From Chiloscyllium plagiosum (Eukaryota): a stretch of 35,145 nucleotides of DNA. Positions within the stretch are counted from its first letter, which is position 1. Each line of letters starts with the position of its first letter. Where the stretch lies: positions 93,912,215 through 93,947,359 of the forward strand of contig NC_057719.1 of the NCBI RefSeq assembly GCF_004010195.1. Reading direction: 5' to 3'. The notes beneath the pieces are model-generated. The model ran no database searches and was not told the DNA's origin. It saw only the letters and a program-made list of their open reading frames with translations. Made by a program: the position numbers and the translations under genes. Of the stretch, positions 1 to 9,960 are shown piece by piece.

Positions 1-300
1 TTTTTGTTCCTTATCTCAAACCAAATCCATTCTGCCCTTGACCCCTCTGGGACATCCTCTTTCTCCAGTTCTGCACCGATCTTAACCAATCCCACACCTT
101 CTTCCCCTTTTCCTATCTTTATTGAACACCTTGTATCCAGGAATATTTAACACCCAGTCCTGTCCTCATTTGAGCCACATCTGTAAGAGCAACAACACCA
201 GATTTCCACTTGGTAATACGGGTCTGTAACTCCCCAATCTTACTCGCCATACTCCACGCAGGCCCATACATGCACACAGTCGATTGGATTTAGAAATTAT
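1..300 (-). mobile_element. CR1 LINE ORF2 fragment (N-terminal apurinic endonuclease), degenerate
   Basis: Minus strand translates with frameshifts to ...KIGELQTRITKWKSGVVALT..WLK*GQDWVLNIPGYKVFNKDRKRGRR, the ETWL / IPGY..F.KDR motifs of the CR1 endonuclease. Confidence 0.8.
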
Positions 301-344
301 TACTCTCTTCCTCACTGTGACCTGGCCAAATAAGTTACTCTTAT

Positions 345-753
345 TTGGGGCTCAAGGGCGGAGGAGCGGGAAGTGGAGGAGATGCGGTGGAGGGCACCGT
401 CGACCACGTCGGGGGGGAAATTGCGGTCCTTGAAGAAGGAGGCCATCTGTGTTGTACGTATTTTGAACTGGTCCTCCTGGGAGCAGATGCGGCGGGCCGC
501 CTTCCTGACCTGCAGTCTTCTTCTTGTCCTCTCCGCCTCCATCCTACTCCGACCTATCACCCTCATCTTGACCTCTTTCCACCTATCACATTTCCAACGC
601 CCCTCCTCCAAGTCCCTCCTCCCTACCTTTTATCTCCTCCTGCTGAACACTCTCTGCTCATTCCTGAAGAAGGGCCTGTGCCCGAAACGTCGAATCTCCT
701 GTTCCCTGGATGCTGCCTGACCTGCTGTGCTGTTCCAGCAATAAAGTTTCAAC
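345..753 (+). mobile_element. Penelope-like element: inverted RT-region fragment (345-~497, minus) fused to the 3' terminal repeat (~500-753, plus)
   Basis: Minus peptide RRICSQEDQFKIRTTQMASFFKDRNFPPDVVDGALHRISSTSRSSALEP matches the PLE region after the RT core. The plus part is a pyrimidine-rich UTR ending cctgaagaagggcctgtgcccgaaacgtcga...gatgctgcctgacctgctgtgctgttccagcaataaa, a typical PLE terminus. Confidence 0.85.
660..695 (+). ncRNA. Putative minimal type I hammerhead ribozyme in the PLE terminal repeat
   Basis: ATTC-CTGAAGA-A-GGGC-ctgt-GCCC-GAAA-CGTC-GAAT: CUGANGA and GAAA cores, stem II GGGC/GCCC, stem I ATTC/GAAT, palindromic ACGT for stem III, GUC cleavage triplet. One extra A lies before stem II. 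Confidence 0.6.
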
Positions 754-2460
754 CAGGACTCTTATCACAATTTTTCCACACTTTGCTGGACACTCGCTTT
801 ACATGATTGTGCACTTTTTGTCTCACCATGAATTCCCTTCAGCAGTACATTTTTTTCTGGAAATAGTCCTTCAGGAATATGTATCACCTCATCTTTCAGC
901 ACAACAGACAGAGAGTATCCTGTGTCTCTTCATATTGCATCCTCTTTACCTGCTACTCTTGGCCTATGGGAAAAAAAACTTAATAAGTAGACCCGGCAGT
1001 CCCTCCTTAACAAACTTCCAATCAGCTTATACACTCTGATGCAGCTTTCTAACTTCCATTGTGCTTTCTGTTACTACTCCAACAAAACACCCGTTTCCTA
1101 CATCTGACGTTTCCCTAACCCACAAACAGACTGATTTCATGTGACCTTATTTATTGCAATGAAAACACCGGGGCTTTTTAACTTCTTTGTCCCCTTCAAC
1201 TGTTTCCGTTTTACCTTGTGTTACGTTATCCTTATGATCATCAATGAGATCAACATATCCCTTTCCACATGAGGATTTCTCTTCGCTCCAATTTCTATCC
1301 TTCATAGACTGAAACTGATTCTGGAAACCAAACAGTGTTTTATGAACAAATTCATAATCATCAACAACTTCAACTGCCAGCCTTGCCCTTTGAACTCTCT
1401 GCTCTTCCAAATGAGTTTGCATTACGTCAGGCTGTGAATTTTTGAACTCCTCAAAATTAATTGTATCTCGAAGAGCATCCTAAGTTTGGTCAATTTTTAA
1501 ACCATTTAACTGTCTCCCAAAATTACTTTGATTGAACCTTTCAAACTCTATATGGGTTTAACGAGGATCCCTTCTTAGGTTCCTGAAACGTTTTCTATAG
1601 GCATCCGGCACACGCTCGTATGCACTTTCTTTACCTCTTCATACTCCCCAGTTCCCTCCTCTGATAGTGTTGCGGATACCTCACTAGCTCTACTTACAAG
1701 TTTGGTTCGGATCAACAAAAGCCACATGGTCACTGGCCACTGAAATTGTTCAGCCACTTTTTCAAATTAAATGAAAAAGCTTTCCATATCCTACTTATCA
1801 ACTTTAGGCAAGGCATGAAGATACTTAAAATGTTTCTCACCAGGCTTTTGACTACCATGGGTTTTCTCATCCTCACTCTGTTCCTCACTAAGCTTACCTT
1901 CAACCTTCATCTTCATTATTTTAAGCTGACTTTCCATTTTAGTGTCCAACTCTGAAGCTCAAATGCCCTCTTTTTCTTTCACTCCTCATAAAGCCATTCG
2001 CTGATGTTTCTTTCTTTTGCTAAACTAATTCATTCTCTTTGTTTCTCTACTGATTTTATACATAATGCAATAAACTTAATTTCTGCTTCTCACTAAAACT
2101 GCTTCATTTCTGTATCTAATTCAAGTTGTTTCATTTGCGATTTAAGTCTAGTCATCTCTACAGATCCTAATGGAATTTCCAGCAAGTTTGAATGCTGAAC
2201 GACTGCTGCAATCATCTCATCTTTCCTCAAAGTAGGAGGCAGCTTCAACTCCAGCTTGTCTGCTAGTTCCTGCAGCGTGGGATTATGTGCATTTTAAAAA
2301 TCCATAAGGTCGATTCTTTCACATCCAAAACATCCTTCGGGACTGTAAGGACAATTGCTATCCGAATCTCTGTTCACCCACCAAATCAACACATGAAATA
2401 AGAGACACTAACACCTACCGCTCACCGCCTAAATCCCGCAAAGTGCCCCAATCTGTTATG
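754..2460 (-). mobile_element. Gmr1-like Gypsy LTR retrotransposon relic (PBS, gag with SCAN-like domain and zinc knuckle, aspartic protease), pseudogenised
   Basis: Minus strand, in order: LTR end cataaca then PBS-like tggggcactttgcgggattt (2431-2450); coiled-coil gag N-terminus; QFQWPVTMWLLLIRTKLVSRASEV; FEEFKNSQPDVMQTHLEEQRVQRARLAVEVVDDYEFVHK (SCAN-like); CFHCNK*GHMKSVC (CX2CX4HX4C); I*RDTGYSLSVVLK (protease DTG). Multiple stops and frameshifts. Confidence 0.85.
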
Positions 2461-2604
2461 TCAGGGTGGGTGCTAAATAAACCATTATCTATGCCTTGGT
2501 AAAATTCTGACTTTATGGTTCCAATTCTAATCTAAGCACTCTTTCCATTACAAACATGTTCATCACAACATTGTTCTTGTCTCTAAAGTGAATTCATGAC
2601 AGGG

Positions 2605-2975
2605 CCAGTGTGTCAAAGAAGTAATGTCGTTGGACATGTCATTCAGAGGCCCAGGTTACTACACTAAATACACTGTTTCAAATACTACCTCAGATGATAT
2701 CTGAACTTAAATTCAAATGACAGGAATTGGAAATAAAAACTAATTTCACTAATAACAGCACCAGCGTTTTGTCAATAAGTTTATCTATTTCACAGATGTC
2801 CTGTGGTAAAGAAATCCAGCATTGTTACCTGGACTGGCTTAAGACTGATGTCAGACCCACAGCAATGTGCTTGTCTCTATACTGCCTGAAAGAATGGCCT
2901 CACAGTAAATGGCATTTAGTGAGGTCAACAAGTGCTGTCCTTAGCAGCGGTGCTGGTATTCCATGTAATAACAAC
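2605..2975 (+). mobile_element. Old tRNA-derived SINE sharing its 5' head and 3' tail with the LINE at 23640-26345
   Basis: Degenerate head gtaatgtcgttggacatgtcattcagaggcccagg...tttcaaat, body ...cagacccacagcaatgtg..., and tail ...aagtgctgtccttagcagcggtgctggtattccatg. These align by eye to the reverse complement of 26040-26345 and 23640-23700. Confidence 0.65.
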
Positions 2976-2991
2976 ATTACAGGTTAAATAA

Positions 2992-3031
2992 AACAAAGAA
3001 TGATGCAAGAGAACAAAGAATGATGCAAGAG
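2992..3031. repeat. 20-bp tandem duplication (aacaaagaatgatgcaagag x2)
   Basis: Direct reading of the sequence. Confidence 0.85.
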
Positions 3032-3300
3032 ATCAGAAACAAAAAACAACGAGAAAATGCCACAGAAACTGAGCAGAGTTGGCACCCTTGGGTCGAGTGA
3101 AAAATAGAATTGACATTTCGAGTCCACTGACCATACATCATAACTGAACACTGCTTGAAAATACTGTGATGGATGTTGTTAACCGGGATGTCTATTATGA
3201 AGGGGAGGAGTGCTTTCAATAGATAGGGAAAGAGAGAGATATAAGAAAATAAGCAAACAAAGGAACTGAAGATGGTCAGCTGGAATGGAAATAGAAAATT
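3030..3300 (-). mobile_element. Degenerate PLE 3' terminal repeat
   Basis: Minus strand gttatgatgtatggtcagtggactcgaaatgtcaattct...ctgctcagtttctgtggcattttc, an eroded version of the ctgaNgaagggtca..ggacYcgaaacgt terminus seen at 20706-20815. Confidence 0.55.
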
Positions 3301-3314
3301 AGGTTAATCTTATT

Positions 3315-3385
3315 TAGAGTCATAGATTCGTAGAGATGTACAGCATCGAAATGACCCTTCGGTCCAACCCGTCAAAGTCCATGTT
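3315..3385 (-). mobile_element. CR1/HE1-type 3' tail fragment
   Basis: agagtcatagattcgtagagatgtacagcatcgaaatgacccttcggtccaacccgtc; a near-identical tail fragment lies at 9884-9960. Confidence 0.7.
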
Positions 3386-3436
3386 TAAAGTGAGTTATGT
3401 CCCTTTGTCTGTCTTCCCTGCTTGTAATCATCTTCT

Positions 3437-4060
3437 TTTATTCATTAATGGGATGCTGAGACAGTATGTAATTCCCTTTCCTCACTGTCCTTAAGAAGGT
3501 GTTGGTGAGTGGCCTTTCTGATCTACTGAACTCCGTGGGCTGTAAGTAGTCTGGACTTACGTCCCTGTGGTTTCATTTCTTTGAGGCTTTGTAGTGAGTG
3601 ATATAACTGAGCAGCTGGCTTTTCCATTTCAAAGCGCAGTTGAGAATCAAATGCATTGCTGGAATTGCATGTAAGCCTGTCCAGCTGAAGGTGGTAAATT
3701 TCATTCCCTGGAGTATATTAGACTGCCAGGTAGGATTTGCTGACAGTCGACAATGGTTTCATAGCTTCATTTGACGTTATTGAATTCAAATTCTACCACT
3801 TGCCATGATGGGATTCGAATCCGGGGTGGAGATCAGCATCTGGGACCGTGGATTAACAAACTGGAGATAATACTGTGAAGACACCGTCTTCCCAGCATCT
3901 CCAACCATCTCCACTGGCAATAGTGGTGTTGCTGGAGGTGTGGCTGAATTTGAAACACAGCTGTTCGCAAGGCAAAGGAATGACTTTGCAAAACATACCA
4001 TCCTTCTTAATTTTGTATTTGCTAGAAGGTTAGAGGATCGGAAGAGCCCTTGGTGAAAAT
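3437..4060 (-). mobile_element. Fragments of the tRNA-headed LINE family: 3' tail (3437-3548, resuming ~3910-4060) with a 5' head/UTR piece (~3560-3895) in between
   Basis: 3437-3548 resembles 23640-23760. 3560-3895 resembles 25985-26345, including the B-box-like ggattcgaatcc at 3811-3822. Confidence 0.65.
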
Positions 4061-4227
4061 GAGTTGGGTGTCCTTGATCATAAATTACTTACAGAATTCA
4101 TAAAAGACAGCAAATAATCAACACAATAAATTGTGCACTGTCCTTCATTACAAAATGATTCAAGAATAAGAGTGAAGACAACTTCCTGCAGTTTTAGAGT
4201 GTTGTTCAGAAGGTACTTGAGGAACCG

Positions 4228-4870
4228 TGTACAGAGTATCTCTCCTTTATAAGGAATGATCACTTTGCCACAGAGAGCCATTATAAAGGGGTTTCACTGG
4301 TCTAATCAGTGTGGTGATGGTATCATGAGGAGACTGTGAAGGAAATAATCTGTATCACTACAAAAGAAAAAAAAGCTGATTGCTTTAAAACTTGAGTGTT
4401 ATGGACCAACACTCATTATTTTGAAAACCAAACATTGTTAAATAAAACATGTGTTTTTCCGCGATAAATACTTTCACATTTCGGAAAATATGTAGAAGGG
4501 AACGATTAGAAGGAGATGGGAAAAGTGTAGGGAAATGGAGTTAGCATGGATGGACATTTTGGTCAGCATGGATCAGTTTGGGCCTAACAGCTTGTCTCCA
4601 TTCTGTAGGACACTATGACTCTATGATACTGTACTTCCCTGAGTGGAGGCTCTTGTTCGTTAAGAGAGAGCTCCAGGTTCTGAAAGAACTCTCACTGCCT
4701 CAATGAGCGGTTGGTGTGTTACCCTACACTGAACGTCCTGTCGTTCACAAATCTGTAAGTAGCCACACTCTGAAAGAGTTCGCCATTCCCAACAGCTCCT
4801 GACCTCGATACAGAATACTAGCCTGCCTTCTGGGAGATGGGAGATGCCTCCATGAGACTTGGCACAAACC
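4228..4870 (+). repeat. Unclassified repeat homologous to 28330-28850, interrupted by a CR1 tail
   Basis: Shared blocks ctctcctttataagga (4240-4255 vs 28335-28350), gttggtgtgttaYcctRcactgaa, and aaagagtt..c.attccca.cagct.ctgacct, in the same order and orientation. Confidence 0.75.
4485..4630 (+). mobile_element. CR1 LINE 3' tail fragment
   Basis: ...ttggtcagcatggatcagtttgggcctaacagcttgtctccattctgtaggacactatgactctatgatact, ending in the (ctatga)n tail of shark CR1/HER1 elements. Confidence 0.75.
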
Positions 4871-5177
4871 ATCCGCTGTACCTCCTCACTGTCAGGAAAC
4901 CATGGTATAGTTAATGTAACACGTGTCTTCCATTAACAATGGAGCTAGGTTTAACAACATGGAGCAGTCTGTATGTGCAGTTTATGCTTCAATGGTTTGT
5001 CATGTTGGAGCATCCTGGAGAGGCTGAATGGCCTCTTCTCTTCATGTGATAGTGTTTCGAGGGTCTGAATGTCCTCCTCCGGGTCCCACAGAAAAGGTTC
5101 ACAGACATTACTGGGTGACCCTCAGTTCCTGCTTACCGGCGTGATGTACTGAGTAGATTCTTGATCTTCCTGTGCGA

Positions 5178-5720
5178 TAGTAGACAGGCAGGGAGCTGGA
5201 AGAACACAGCAAGGCAGGAAGCATTGAGTTTTCCAATTTGAAATAACCTCCCTTCCAATTCCCCACAACCGTTAACCGCCCCTCCCCCTCCCTTCCATTC
5301 CTCTGATGAACCCTTCTTCCAGCTGCCAACCAGATTCAGTCCTCCCATCTTCCTATCCAGTGGTACCCCACTACTTTGTTCCCATATTCGCACCTCACCA
5401 CCCTGCCTCCTCCTCCTCTGCACCTCACCACCCTGCCTCCTCCTCCTCTCTCGCCCTGCTTCTTTATCTGTAGCTCCCTTACCACAATCCCCAAACCTGA
5501 AGAATGTTTATCCCCAAGCCGTTAACTTCTCCACCTTGCTTGTTGTGTTCTTCCAGCCTCCTGCCTGTCTACTTTTCATTTCGTCACAATCCCCAAACCT
5601 GAAGAATGTTTATCCCCAAGCCGTTAACTTCTCCACCTCCTGATGCTCCCTTGCTTGTTGTGTTCTTCCAGCCTCCTGCCTGTCTACTTTTCATTTCAAC
5701 ATTTGCGGGCTTTTCTTTCA
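5178..5720 (+). mobile_element. PLE 3' fragment with an inverted terminal segment and a tandemly duplicated terminal repeat
   Basis: 5178-5225 is the reverse complement of ~5640-5690. attgagttttccaatttgaaataa resembles the PLE ORF end (IEFSNLK*). A ~100-bp direct repeat lies at 5483-5581 / 5585-5697, with an internal ~30-bp duplication at 5390-5450. Confidence 0.75.
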
Positions 5721-5919
5721 AAATCTCTTCCTGTGTAATAGGCCAGAGAAAACAAATGGTCCGTATCTGTTATCCAATGGTTTCGATGGGCTGAATGGTT
5801 TTCTCAAATTCCTGTGAAACCAGTTTGAGATGCTGTATGAGCTTCTCTGCATTTTCTTCACTGTGGAAATGTGCAGGGTCCAGTCACACTGTTACATGAA
5901 TGTTGCTGACAGTTTAACA

Positions 5920-6290
5920 GCCTGAGCTTGAATGTTGTCCAGGTTCTGATACTTTAGCACCTGAGGAGGTGACTCATTGTACTGAATATTGTACAATCTT
6001 CACATAACATCCCCAGCTCTGATTGTATGACGGGGCGGGGGTGGGGAACATTGATGAAGTAGCTGACGATGTTTATGCTGAGGGAGCTACACTGACGAGA
6101 TATCCAATTTAGCAGAATTATCCAGGGACTGAGAGGATTGCTGTCCACCAGCCACATTCTTTTCTGAATGACACATCTAGTGGGGAGTATACACCTGATT
6201 TCCATAAAGTTCACTCTTGTTCAGACTCCTTGACACCTTGTTCAGTCAAATCCTGCTGTGATGTCAGGGGTAGTCACTCTGACGCTGTGT
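5920..6290 (-). mobile_element. LINE (CR1/L2 group) RT fragment
   Basis: ORF 5954..6214 contains SINIVSYFINVPHPRPVIQSELGMLCEDCTIFSTM, a decayed 'PTIFSCFINDLPSIIRSEVGMFADDCTMFSTI' RT core. Confidence 0.7.
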
Positions 6291-6309
6291 TCATGTATTT
6301 TGTTCATGT

Positions 6310-6570
6310 CAATAGGTCGCGGTATATGTGTGGGGAGTGTTTACTTCTCTCAGAGGGTAGTGACTGTTGGGGCTTCTCTGGCCCAGACACTACATCGCTG
6401 AAACTTTTGGGGGCGCGGGGTGGTGTTAATGGATTTTCACACGTTAAGGAGTTGAGGGCTGCACTGAATTGGGCATGAAAGAGATGTTGCAGCCGAGAAC
6501 AGATCAGCCCTGACCTTACTGAATGGAAGGGCACGTTTGACAGGCTATATAACCTGGTGTTGTTCCAGTG
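6310..6570 (+). mobile_element. CR1 LINE 3' end fragment, degenerate
   Basis: ...gaacagatcagccctgaccttactgaatggaagggcacgtttgacaggctatataacctgg resembles the CR1 3' UTR stem-loop region. Confidence 0.55.
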
Positions 6571-6789
6571 TACCCCACAGTCCACTTACTTTGTTCCCTC
6601 TTCAATTTCCTGTGTTACTGACATCAAGTAGCTAAACAAACTGAAACTGTTGCTGCATGATTTAAACGGGGTCTAGTTTCATCGACTTGAGAGACTAATT
6701 GGCTTCCTTGTGTTATTGTATATCAGTGTCCACGGGCTTAAAACATCATTCTGTTCTGGTCTAACTGAAATCCATATATCCTAAATCTA

Positions 6790-6982
6790 GAGAAAGTGAG
6801 TACCGCAGATGCTGGAGATCAGAGTAGGAAAGTATGGTGCTGGAAAAGCACAGCAGGTCGGGAGCATCCGAGAAGCAGGAGAATCGATGTTTTGGACACT
6901 TATGATCGGATCATGCCCGAAATGTTGACTCTCCTGCTCATCCGATGCTGCCTGATCTGCTGTGCTTTTCCAGCAACACATA
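6790..6982. mobile_element. Two PLE terminal repeats in inverted orientation (hairpin/MITE-like remnant)
   Basis: Left arm tgctggaaaagcacagcaggtcgggagcatccgagaagcaggagaatcgatgttttgg; right arm ccgaaatgttgactctcctgctcatccgatgctgcctgatctgctgtgcttttccagca; spacer about 20 bp. Confidence 0.75.
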
Positions 6983-6989
6983 TTTTGAC

Positions 6990-9870
6990 GTCTACCGGCC
7001 CACCCCAATTAACTTTCCTGGTCACGTCATCAAATAACTTAAATAAATTCATCAGGTGTGAACTTCCACTCACAAAGTCAGGCTGACTATTCCTAATCAA
7101 ACTCTATTTTCCAAATGAATGCACATCTTATCCCTGAGAATCTTCTCGAGTAACGTACCAATCACAAATGTTAAGCTTCCTGGTCTATAGTTTCCAGGCA
7201 TATGCTTTTCAGTGCTTCTTCAATAAGGGCACAACATTTGTTATCCTCCAGTCTTCTGGGATCTCACCTGTGCTTAATGATGATCAAAATTATCAGCCAG
7301 GGTCCCCGCAACTTCTTCTCTAGCCCCTTGCAGTGTTCTTGCATCTATCTGGTAAGGACCATGGGATTTATCCAACTTCAAACATTCTAGTACGCTCAAT
7401 CCATACTGTGATATGGAATGTCCCGAAGATATTACCACTAATTTCCACAACTTTTCAAGTATTCATGTCTTTCTCCACGGTAATCACAGAGGAGAAATAT
7501 TTGTTGAGGATATCGCCCATCTCTTATGGTTCCACATATACATGTCCACTTCAGTCTTTGAGGAGCCCTATTCTCTCACTAGGTAATGCTTTTCCTTTAA
7601 TATACTTAAAGTACCTCTTTGGATTCACCTTTATCTTTTTGGCCCTCCTGATTTCCTTCTTCAGTAATCTCCTGTATCCCAGTACATCTCCAGTAATTCC
7701 CTTGATCCCACATGTCCAGAACTGAGCCACGCCTCCACATTTTCTTCTGGTCAAAGCTTCAATATCTCTTATCATCCAGGGATCCCTATTCCTGTCAACT
7801 TTCCTTTCACCCTCACAGGAACACATAGATCTTGAACAATAGCCATCTCACTTTTAAAGGCTTCCCCCTTGCCGGAGGTCCCTTTGCCTGCAAACGAACT
7901 CCTCCACTCAACCCCTGCAAAGTCCTGTCTAATTCCATCAACATTCACCTTACCCTAAGTTAGAACTTGATTCTGTGACCAGTTTTTTTCACCTTCCATA
8001 ACTATTTTAAAATTAATAAAATGATGGTCACTGGTCCCAAAGTATGCATTCACGGTCACCTCCCTCACCTCTCCTGACCTATTTCTTAAGAGTGCATCAA
8101 AGTTTGCCCCTTCCCGATTAGGAGCTTCTGTATACTGCTTGAGGAAACTTTCCTGACGCATTTAATGGATTCCGTCCCATCAAATTCCTTAACCCTCTGG
8201 CAGTCCCAGTCTGTGTTCTAAAAATTAAAACCCCTTTTACAACAACCCTATTGTTCCTGCAAGTATTCCCAATCTCTGTACATATTTTTGTTCCTATAAT
8301 TCCAGTTGACTATTTGGGGACCTGCAGTATAACCTATTAATGTCACCATCCCCTTCTTATTTCTTAGTTCATCCCACAAGCCCTCCCTAGTTGATCCTTT
8401 AGTTATTTTATCTCTGATCATTGCTGTGATATACCCCTTAATCAGAAAAGCAATTCCCCTCCCATCCTTCCACCATTCCTGTCCCTCCTAATGCACCTTA
8501 CGCGAATACATTAAGCTGTCAGTTCTATCCTTTCCTCAACAATGTTTGTGCATTGGTGATACTATCCCAGTCCGACGTATCTATCCCTAATCTGTCAGCT
8601 CTTGGAATTGAAATAAATGCAATTTAATCCAACAGACATTCCTTGCTCTCTGTTGTGTTCTAGCCTGACCTGTCTCTTCAACGTATTATTCCTGATTACT
8701 GTATCACCTTCCAGACTTGCACTTGCCTCCCTGCTCTTGAGGATACCACGCCCCCTCCCGCCATTCTTATTTAAACCCTCCCTTGTAGCATGAGCAAAAC
8801 TGGCTACGAAGATATTTGTTCCCCCACTCCCCATTGCATGTGTGACTCATCCCTCTTAAAAAGGTCAACTTTATCACAGAAAAGATCCCAATGATCAAAA
8901 ATTCTGAATTCCTCCCCCCGCACCAATTTTTTTGACAAGAATTTATATGCTATATCCTCGTATTCTTACCTTCACTAGCTCATGACACTGGAAGTAAACA
9001 GGAGATTACCACTGTCGAGGTCCTGATTTTTAACTTTTCTCCTAGCTCTCAGTAATCACTCTGTAGGAACTCATTCTTATATCTACATGTATCACTTGTG
9101 TCAAAGTTCACAATGACTTCTAGCACCTCATGCTTCCCCCTGAGAATGTTCTGCAGCCGCTCGGAGACATCCTGGACCCTGACACCTGAGAGGTAACACA
9201 CCATCCTGGATTCCCATTTGAGGCCACGGAATCTCCGATCTGTCCCTCTAATAATCGACTCTTCTATCCCTCAGACGCTGTTTATCTTTACTGTTACCAG
9301 CTGTGCCCCAGAGCCAGTTGTGCTGCAAGTAACCTAGCTACTGCTGCTTTCCCCTGAACAGTCATTTCCCAACACCCCTGCCCCCTCCAAACTCAGTATC
9401 CAAAATGGTATACTTGTTTTGCAAGCGAATGGCCCCAGAGGAATTCTGGACTCTCTGCCTACTGCCTTTGCTATTCCTGGTGGTCGCCCATTTACTCATT
9501 GCCTGGAACACGACAGGGAGCAGGGAAACCTTTTGGATTAAATTATGTTCATTTAAATGCAACAGGGCTGACGGGTAATGCTATCGAACTCAGGCAGTGG
9601 ATCTTTACATTGGACTGGGATATGTTAGTCATTACAGAAACATGGCTAAGGGAGGGACTTGGGTGTGACCACCTCACGCAAGCTCTTTTCTGTTAAGTTC
9701 TCAGTGTCTCGGATGATCCTGAATGTGTCAAACTCCAGTTCCCAAACATGGACTCCGAGAAGCTGCAGCTGGGTGCACGTCCCACATGTCTAGTCATCAG
9801 AGACAGTGGAAATCTCAGTGAGCTCCGACATTCTACTGGAGGAATATGTGACTGCCCTAACATCTCAACT
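6990..9870 (-). mobile_element. CR1 LINE: ORF1 (esterase-type) and ORF2 endonuclease to the start of RT, lacking the 3' end, degenerate
   Basis: Peptides GLNCIYFNSKS (ORF2 start), FLKQYTEAPNREGANFDALL...FGTSDHHFINFKIVME (EN SDH motif), KVNPKRYFKYIKGKALPSERIGLLKD, and QPDFVSGSSHLMNLFKLFDDVTRKVNWGGPVDV (RT start). ORF1-like pieces span 8700-9870. Confidence 0.88.
9520..9660 (+). mobile_element. CR1 ORF2 endonuclease N-terminal fragment inserted in opposite orientation within the CR1 ORF1 above
   Basis: ORF 9499..9696: GLNYVHLNATGLTGNAIELRQWIFTLDWDMLVITETWLREG (ITETWL motif). Confidence 0.8.
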
Positions 9871-9883
9871 GCACTAAGACTAG

Positions 9884-9960
9884 AGTCATACATTCATCGA
9901 AATGTACAGCACGGAAACAGACCCTGAGGTTCAACTCGTCCATGCCGACAAGATAGCCCA
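9884..9960 (-). mobile_element. CR1/HE1-type 3' tail fragment
   Basis: agagtcatacattcatcgaaatgtacagcacggaaacagaccctgaggttcaactcgtccatgccgac; similar to 3315-3385. Confidence 0.7.

Noticed and set aside
337..765. actcttat at 337-344 and 758-765 as a target-site duplication of the PLE
   Set aside because: The right copy lies inside Gypsy protease coding sequence, 4 bp beyond the PLE end, and the two flanks belong to different elements.
345..806. 153-aa plus-strand ORF as a host gene
   Set aside because: It spans antisense PLE RT sequence, the PLE UTR and antisense Gypsy sequence; there is no real ATG and no splice context.
3914..3938. ctggcaatagtggtgttgctggaggt resembles the end of GPCR exon 1 (cttgctatagttggtgttcctggtaagt) and lies a similar distance upstream of the shared 4228 repeat
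   Set aside because: The match is only about 23 bp, has no GT donor and no upstream coding similarity. It fits equally well as the continuation of the LINE 3' region that breaks off at 3548.
4990..5100. Repeated ggctgaatggcctc-like motifs (also 5780-5840)
   Set aside because: Probably decayed short repeats of the CR1 3' stem-loop; too degenerate to define a unit or support a function.
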